Assembly: GCF_009914755.1 (NCBI RefSeq)
Contig: NC_060932.1
Strand: one strand, 5' to 3'
From: the human T2T-CHM13v2.0 reference genome, Homo sapiens
DNA length: 64,000 bases
Made by a program: the position numbers and the translations under genes. Below, piece by piece: positions 55,352-64,000 of the stretch. Numbering within the stretch: the first letter of the stretch is position 1; the number at the start of each line of letters is the position of its first letter. A model generated the notes under the pieces. The model made no database searches. It had not been told where the DNA came from and worked only from the letters and a program-made list of their open reading frames with translations.

Positions 55352-56371
55352 ATGCTACCTACATCTATAGCTTTAATTATTCCCATATCTATATCTCCAT
55401 GACTTCTCACTCTCTCTTAAGTTTGAGAGCCATGTATCCAGCTGTCTTTGGTGTTTTATTTTTTCTAGATGCTTAGCAGTTCCATTGTGCTCCAACAATT
55501 TTGGCTGCTCATTTTAGGACAAATAATTAGGGAAAGAACTTTAATTTGGGGCACCAGCAACTTAATTATACTTCCCAAAATATAGATAAAATATATGCCT
55601 CCTGACAAAGTGACTATCTGTTAAAATACTTGTGCACTACAAGATGAAGCTTGATACTATAGCATGGTGTATAAGATACTCCGTGACATAACCCCTGCTT
55701 GTAAATCTCGGCAATCCTTCTTAAATTTAGGCCCTCTGTGAATATGGTTAAATGTAAAAAACTGCCGATACTCTGCCTTTTTCCAAGTTAATCTTTAAAC
55801 TTAAAGTGTCTTATGAGATCATTTGTAGTCTCACTGCTTGAAACTACTCTAAAATAGAGTAAGTAGTGAATTTTTTTCTAAGTCATTAGCTATTCTAGGT
55901 TTCCAAAATTATGCCATTAATGGCTCAACCATTAAAATATTCAATATTTTTGATATTTAGAAACATAGGTGAATAGTGTATTTATCTTGTAGTCTTAACT
56001 TAGTGACAGTAAATAATTATATGTCAACTGTGGCATTATTTGGCAACTGTTTATAAACAAAACTGAGCTTCAGTTACAATATAAACTTGGATTTTTACTT
56101 CTATTTTGTAGATTCCACATTTTCTGTCTTTTCAGACTACTAGTTACAATGACTGACTTATTTATAATTTGATCTGGTGTCCAGATGTGCAAACTTTCTT
56201 AAACCAAATGTTACTTTTATTTTCATCAGTTTGTTTTCATTATATGAGAAAGCATATTAGAGTGGCTATTAAAGATCTAATGTATTCCATTTACTGTGAC
56301 TTTTTTTTCAACCCAAATGCTGTTTTGTTATGTATTATTTAGTCAAGGCCTTAAATGTAATATATTTTATC

Positions 56372-56962
56372 TTTTTTTAACTTTTATTTTAAGTTTGGGC
56401 ATACAAATGCAGGTTTGTTACATAGGTAAACTTTGGTCATGAGTTTGTTTTACAGATTATTTCATCAAACGGGTATTAAACTTAGTATGCATTAGTTATT
56501 TTTCTTGACGCTCTTCCCACCCTCCACCCTCCAAACCGCTTCAGTGTGCATTGTTGCCCTCTGTGTATCTATGTGTCTCAACATTTAGCTCCCAATTTGA
56601 GTGAGAACACGTGGTAATTGGTTGTCTGTTCCTGTGTTAGTTTGTTAGAGATAATGGTCTCCAGCTCTATCCATGTTCCTGCAAAGAACATGATCTCATT
56701 TTTCTTAATTACTGTGTAGTATTACACGGCATGTATGTACCACATTTTCTTTAGCCAGTCTATCATTGATGGACATTTAAGTTGATTCTATGTATTTGCT
56801 ATTGTCAAAAGTGCTTCAATGAACGTGCGCATGCGTGTATCTTTATAATAGAATGATTCATATTCCTTTGGGTACATACCAGGCAATGGAGTTGCTGGGT
56901 TAAATAGTATTTCTGTATTTAGGTTTTTGAGGAATCACCACAGTGTCTTCCACAATGGCTGA
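56372..56962 (-). mobile_element. Primate L1PA 3' end, 5'-truncated
   Basis: TTTTAACTTTTATTTTAAGTTTGGGCATACAAATGCAGGTTTGTTACATAGG...GTCTTCCACAATGGCTGA. Confidence 0.9.
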
Positions 56963-57977
56963 CTGGCAGGGATGAATCTCTTAAGTGGAAATATTTATAG
57001 CAAAGAAAAAAATAAAGAAATACATACCTGTACTCTAAGAGGAATTTATTGGTGAGAAAAAACGGTAAGATAGTTACAAAAAAAATCTATATGGAAATCA
57101 CAAAAAGAAGACAATAAAAAGAAAAATGGTAAGTGACTTTTCAGGATTTTGATATATGTGTTTGGCCTGCTAATTATAACAAGGCTTATATTTCTTCAAT
57201 GATTATTCTCATAATTATTCTTATATCTCTGAAATGGTAAGTAAAACATGGTGGGTAAAAACAAGAAAACAAAACAAAAGAAAAATAAAGCTTATAGATT
57301 TGGTGTTATGTATACCAGGTTTGAATCCTGGTTCTATTTTTTATTGATCATAGGGTTGTGGCTAGGATACTTAACATCTCTTAGCTTCATTTCCCTCATT
57401 AATAAAATAAAACTAAAATAATATTTTAGGGCTAATATAAAAATAAAATGAGGTTATATAAGTAAAGGACTAGGAGCATTGTCAATTTTAATTACCTGTT
57501 AATTCTCTTCCCATCTGTAGTAATAAAAATATGATTACCTTTTTTCTTAATTAATACTTAGGAAATGTGTTCTACTTTTTTCTCTGAATTTTGAACATAT
57601 TCGTATGGAATCCTAAAAGGAAGTTGAAATGTTATGTCCTTGTAGTATGTATGTAATTGTTGTAAAGTGATTCTTTTAAATTAATAATGCACAACTTTTA
57701 AGCTTTTCTTTTTAAACTTTGGTAGTTGTTAATCATTAGAGGTAGGTTGGAGTTAATCATATTTTCAAAATGGCAAAATTAAGTCAAACCTGGCTTATAA
57801 AATCCAGATTGTATGTCCACTGGATTTACAGAATTATCAGATGGATAATAGATTGATCTTAATTCTGCCCTTTAAATTAAATGCCAGAGTATTATAAACC
57901 TGGGAGAATGACATTTGGGAACCAGAGTTGTATCCTCTGATCGTCTTTCATAATAAAAGTCTTCAAAATTGTAAGGA

Positions 57978-58251
57978 ATAATCCTAGCACTTTGGGAGGC
58001 CAAGGCAGGTGGATGGCTTCAGCCTAGGAGTTCGAGACCAGTTGGACAACATGCAAAAATGCATGTCTCTACAAAATTGCAAAAATTAGCCGGCCATGGT
58101 GGCATGTGCCTGTAGTCCCAGCTACTCCGGGGGCTGAGGGACGAGTATTGCTTGAATCTTGGAGGTTGAGGCTGCAGTTATCCATAATTGACTGAGCCAC
58201 TGCACTCTAGCCTGGGTGACAGAGCAATAATTTGCCTCAAAAAAAAAAAAA
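57978..58251 (+). mobile_element. 5'-truncated AluJ-like element
   Basis: TAATCCTAGCACTTTGGGAGGCC...GAGGCTGCAG...poly(A). Confidence 0.9.
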
Positions 58252-58644
58252 TGCAACAAAAAGAGTGCCAAAGATAAGATGTTATCTCATGGAAATAGCA
58301 TGGAATAGGATGATCTACATGAGTTGATTCACTAGTTGTATTTATTAAAAATAACTGCTTCGTATAAACTAATACTACCTAATATTATTGATAGTTTACT
58401 TATGTCAGACATTATTCCTTGACCTTTTACATATAGTATTCATTCCTCAAAATAATCTCATAAATTACATACTATAATTATTATTTAATGAAGATAAAAC
58501 CACTGAGGCAGAGAGCTTTTAAGTAACTTGCCTAAAGTCTAACAGTTAAAGAATTGATAATGTAGAATTAAAACCTAGGCATGTGGCCCTGGAGGCCATA
58601 TTCTCCAATGCTACAATACAATTGATTATGTCATAGTGTGTCTA

Positions 58645-58820
58645 TGGGGCTGACTTAATGGACCTATGACCTGTCCAGTTGCACAGGGCACCATGCTTAC
58701 ATGGATCTGCTCTTGGTTTAATGTTGTGCTGCTGACATTTTGGAATTTTTAATAATTTGCAAAAAAAGACCCCACATTTTCATATTGAATTGAACCCCAC
58801 AAATTATGTGGCCAAATCTG
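58645..58820 (+). mobile_element. MER45A-like hAT-Tip100 MITE
   Basis: GGGGCTGACTTAATGGACC...CTTGGTTTAATG...ACCCCACATTTTCAT...CCCCACAAATTATGTGGCC matches the recalled MER45A consensus; about 176 bp. Confidence 0.75.
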
Positions 58821-61061
58821 TGTATGACTCTCTTGGCCATGAAATAATACACTTCATAGGTAGAGATGATATGAGGAAGCTCCTCTCACTGACAATTATT
58901 ACAATGTGTAATTTAAACCAGTGGGAGAAAAATGAAACTATCACTAAATAAGATATTAATTACACTCTTTATATAGCAAATAATGAATTGTTATTTATAA
59001 CAAATAAACATAAGCCAACTAGTCTCACAACTTCCTTATGAATATAAGCCTAAGAATATAATTACTTGTCTTCATGCTTACCATAAAAGGGAATATTCAA
59101 TAAATCCTAATATATTGGGAGTTTCAAACATACTTCTGTTGCCAAAATATTATTGGAGGAATGAGAGTCTGTTGTTGAAAACTTAGAAAATAAAAAGACA
59201 TGGTGCTTAACAGTGAAATATCAAATTAAATCTAGTAAATATGTTATTATTCTCACCTGTTAATATTAACAGCAAAGTAATTTTAATGTTTTCAAGAGCT
59301 GAAAAAAGATACCATGAATTGTGTATTACCATAAAAATTTGAGGTAATATTACAAAACCTAGTTTTTTATATATGCATAAAAATAGTTTTCACTGATTAG
59401 TAATTTAATTTTTTAAATAAATGCCTGAAATTTAAAACAGCATTATTGTAAAATTATAAATGGTTCTTTTTTTGCTGAGTAAAACAAATGAGCAACATTC
59501 AATTCTTGTTACAAAAGTGCTATATTTCTGAGTACATTTATGAGAGAGATTTCTGGATTTAATTTTCCTCATCTACGCCATGTAGCTTAGCAATAGTGTC
59601 ATTTGGGATAAACATATTTTCTTTACAAACAAGCTAATGAAGAGTTTATGGATGGATAATCTACATAAGTTTTGTTTCTGCCACGTTGTATTTATTGAAG
59701 TTTTATTTGATAACACATGATATGTTTATGTATGATCACTTGGATTTTATCGTTTGAGGTAAATTGCCTTATATCATATTGAGTTCCAATTTATCAAAGT
59801 AAAAAGTGACTTCCAATAATCATAACTCTGAAATCTATTAAAAAAATATTTGGCATATGCAATTACTCATTTCAGACATTCTTTTACATTTGAATCTAAA
59901 ATTCATGTACAAAATTTTATAAAATAAACCAGAGTAACATTCTATAAATATTCAACATCTGCTATTTTAAAAAGCCTGAACTTATTTCACTAATTGTTAT
60001 GTGGTGATGTTGAAAATAACTGAAAAATCAAACAGCTTCTTCCAGGATGTGCAGTGTAGCCAATATAAAGCCTGTCCAACAACAGCAAGAAACAAAAGTA
60101 GATATAAATCACTGAATTAAATCTTATTACAGTCTAAGTGCTTCTCCTCTAATGATACTCACATAATTCTTATTGTGTAATTCAAAAATATTAGAATAAT
60201 TAAAATGATGTAGAATGCCACATCTCTTGGAAGCATTAGATTATTGTTAATTCTGACAGATTTCTATAATCCAAGTCACAGTCTTCTTTTCAGACTGTAT
60301 GATTAACTTACTTATGACTTATTCCTAATGTAAACAATATCTCCATGGAGAAAACTATTACTATTTAATGGCAATTTTAAAAAGCATTAAATTTGTTCAT
60401 ATTGTCAGATAATGAACAATATAACAGTGTATATTAAGCACCAATCCTATGTATACTACTTTGGTAAAACTAAAAGGACCAGAAAGAAAAAACATAACTA
60501 TATTGCAATTTAGATGATATTAAAAGTCATAAGTAAAAAGAAAAGCAAAATCTTATAACAGACATTGAACAAAATAGGCTTTCATTACTATGGAACACAA
60601 AAGAGGAAGGAAAGTGTTGATATGAAATATCTGTGTCTAGATACTGGCTTCTTGATGATTTTTTTTATCTTTTATTCCTTATCGTATTCATTCCTTTAGT
60701 TATTTAAATATCCAGCAAGGGTTTTTGGACATCTTTGAGTAGAGAATACTTAAGTAATTACATAATATGGATCTGAAGATATGAGCTTTATGATTAATTC
60801 CTATAAATAAGTTATGAAGTTCCTGTTACAGTGGTCATAAATATAGGTAAGAATCCATTATGTATCTGGGTGGGAGTACAGAATGGAGAGCTGAGGATTG
60901 TCTCTGATTACATATGAAACTTCCACTAACTATGAAGTTATCGGTCAGTGTTTTCTGGGGAAAGCACTTCAACATAGGCAAAGTCTTTCTAACCTAAAGA
61001 AATTTAAATATAGGGAATAAAGTAAATCAAAACAACATTTTGATATTTTGTGTATTTTGTG

Positions 61062-61677
61062 TTTCTTTTTTTACCTGCAATGTATGAAATGTGTTTCCTT
61101 TGTTTTGATTTCTTGGGCAGACTGAAGGGTAAAATATCCTTGCTGAAATATATCACTGCCAAACAAATTCACTAAATCCAGCTACAGGAGATGCATAGGG
61201 TTTTGACTGACACAGATTCATCTGATTCCTTCCACCTTGAAGTCTCTGATGAAGTAGCAAGGCAAAAATGTTCAATCTTTCTCCCATCTTCTTCGGATTC
61301 ATTAACATATCATATCCTTGAAGTAATTGCTGACTCATTGATGTCTCATTTGATTTATCTAAAAGAATCTTCAGCTGGACATCGATACCCATATTTTAAA
61401 AAAATGTGGGTTGTTTTATTGGGCCCAGAGAGCTACTTTTCCCTGTGCCATTCTTTGCAAATAACTGAAATCCACATCAGCTTTTAGATCCGCTGTTCCT
61501 GGGGGCAATTAAGACATCATGAAACTTGTGGCCACAAAACCCTCTGAAGGTCTCTGTCTTTGTTCCATCATGACCATAATCAGCAACCTCTGCAGCACCT
61601 CCAGTTAGTGCAATGCATTGAGAAAGTTCCTCAGTGATAACACCAGCCTCAGGAAACACTTCAACTTGATTGCTTGT
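61062..61677 (-). pseudogene. NDUFAF7: Processed, 5'-truncated pseudogene of NDUFAF7 (mitochondrial complex I assembly arginine methyltransferase), C-terminal part plus 3'UTR
   Basis: Minus-strand frames join to VEVFPEAGVITEELSQCIALTGGAAEVADYGHDGTKTETFRGFCGHKFHDVLIAP / GTADLKADVDFSYLQRMAQGKVA / LGPIKQPTFF*NMGIDVQLKILLDKSNETSMSQQLLQGYDMLMNPKKMGERLNIFALL...VAGFSEFVWQ*, closely matching the recalled NDUFAF7 C-terminus; intronless; two frameshifts; stop at 61396-61398; A-rich tail. Confidence 0.93.
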
Positions 61678-61885
61678 TTAATCTAGTGACTTCAGCCATT
61701 GCGACAATCTACTGTAATTGTGATTCGAATTAAAATTTTAATTAAGTGAATAAAATGGAGCTACTTATTTCACAAATATATAATGTTATTGCAGTATTTA
61801 AGACTATAAGGGCCCCTTATATTGATAAAGTTAATACTTACTTGGGAAGGTTTTGGTAGTAAGGCAATTAAGGCATATTTAATAG

Positions 61886-62010
61886 AAATATTAGCTGGGC
61901 ATGATGGTATGTATCTGTAGCCTGAGCTACTCCGGAGGGAAAGTTGGGAGACTGACCGAGCCCAGGAGTTTGAGGCTGCAGTGAGCTGTGATCAGGCACC
62001 TGCACTCCAT
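61886..62010 (+). mobile_element. Alu monomer fragment (FRAM/AluJ-like)
   Basis: TTAGCTGGGCATGATGG...GAGCCCAGGAGTTTGAGGCTGCAGTGAGCTGTGATC...CTGCACTCCA. Confidence 0.85.
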
Positions 62011-63153
62011 TTCAGTTAAAATATGCTGAAATTTATAAATTAAAATAATTTATAAGTTAATACCAAACATTTGGAAAAAAATTCACTTTTAAAAGTTGTA
62101 ATGTTAAATCAAAGATTAATATTTAAAAGAAATTATGAAGTAATTTTTAGCATGCAAAGAAATGTTGCTCTCCAAAACACCTGTAAGTTCATATTTACAT
62201 ACAGTCCTGCTCCATGTGTGGTATGGATAGCATAAACTTGACTTTCTTCTCCATCTATGCTTTTACTATTCTCCTCACCAAGAATTCCCCAATTAATACT
62301 CTATTTCCACCTATTGAAATAATAGTCAAATTTAAAGGACTGAGCCTAAATTTCATTATTCTATAATATTTTCCAGATCCCTCCTTTTAAAATAAGTTAT
62401 CTTTTTTGTATTTTTTACTGATTTTTCCCAATGATACACTTTGCTTAATCATAACACAAGTAATAAAATATTACATTAATTTACTTTAAATATTTGCAAA
62501 TATCTGTCCCTTTCTCTATATTGCAGACTCCTGATATTAAAGGGACTGTTATAAATTTGCTTTCAATAGACAACCATTGGATTATAATATCAAAATCAGC
62601 AGCCATGCCTAGCCAGCCTATAAATGAATACTTAGCTTTGACTGTAAAAACAATATAGTACGTTAGATGAGAAAAAAGTTACCAATACTAGATAAATTCA
62701 ATTCAAACTCCACATTTCAATACTTACAAGTCTGTTTTACATAATTTCTATTACAAAACAGTTATTTGCTGACTCATTGGGATCCTTTTGGACAAAAGTT
62801 GATTCAGTAAATTTCATGTCATCAATAACATTGAGTTGAGAAAAAAAATCAATGAATAACTGTACAGTTCATCAAGTGAACAGTCAATAAATTGAACTTT
62901 GTATTTTCCACAAGTTCTATTTTAAGGCATTTGATTTAAAACCCAGATTTTTTGTCAGTTCATTGAATAAAAGTTGGTAACATGAATAACAGGTATTAAA
63001 GCTAATAATATAGCTCTATGAAAATAAAGCTCAAATACAGCCGATTACATGTTATAATTAAAATGTGCATTTAAAAGGTGACTTTATAATAAAATGTATT
63101 GTACATGTTAGAGTATTAAAAAATCTAAATATTTTGGATTAAAACATTCCACT

Positions 63154-63478
<325 letters not shown>

Positions 63479-64000
63479 ACATTCCACTCTGTTTTTGAAA
63501 AGCAGTTTTGAAGAGCAGAGCAGATTCAGTTACATGACCAAAGGTAGCCCAGCCTACAGGATTTTATAAATTTCAAAATCTTATATGACAAGAGCAGTTG
63601 AATAACTTCATATTCTTGGAAAATATTGACATAATGTACCTTTTTTATTGTAATTCTCTTGCCATTAAAATTACAATGACGTTTTCTTTCTACATTTTTG
63701 TCTTCAATACAGCAGCCTGCCATATTGCTGAAGGTTTGTGAGACACAGCCTAGAAGTTTGTTATCAATCCTCATTGGTTGAGGCTCCTCCTGCTGTAGTT
63801 GAAGACTGTCTACTGCTAAAAGGAGAGAATATACTAGAAAGAAATAAAATTACTTGATGTATTTAATTTTTTCTGTTACTTCCTGTCCATTTGTTACTTC
63901 CTGTCCCTTTGTCACCGGAAGACATTCTGTATTTTCGTCCTGAGGCATCAAGTGCATTGAGAACAACAGAATGTAGACATTTGTGTGCTTCAACAAACAA

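Noticed and set aside
61153-61659. Functional NDUFAF7 exon(s)
   Set aside because: Intronless, 5'-truncated, with frameshifts and an in-frame stop; this is a retrocopy rather than the gene.

Overview
AT-rich, repeat-dense primate (probably human) intronic or intergenic DNA with no convincing intact protein-coding gene. Main contents: a 6.04-kb HERV-H provirus (24454-30491, +) with LTR7up-like LTRs, His PBS, an expanded 21/42-bp leader VNTR, decayed gag-pro-pol and no recognisable env ORF; solo LTR12 (53926-55351) and LTR10 (4139-4632) elements; THE1/MLT1 MaLR LTRs; a MER85 piggyBac MITE; about 14 Alus; nested L1 fragments; and a 5'-truncated processed pseudogene of NDUFAF7 (61062-61677, -). 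The most unusual structure is not a known repeat: a near-perfect 364-bp inverted duplication (21345-21708 / 23531-23894) combined with a 50-bp direct duplication, next to a (TA/TG)n tract and about 0.5 kb upstream of the HERV-H promoter. A few candidate splice signals and exons are reported at low confidence. Family and subfamily calls come from recalled consensus sequences rather than database searches, and boundaries of old repeats are approximate.
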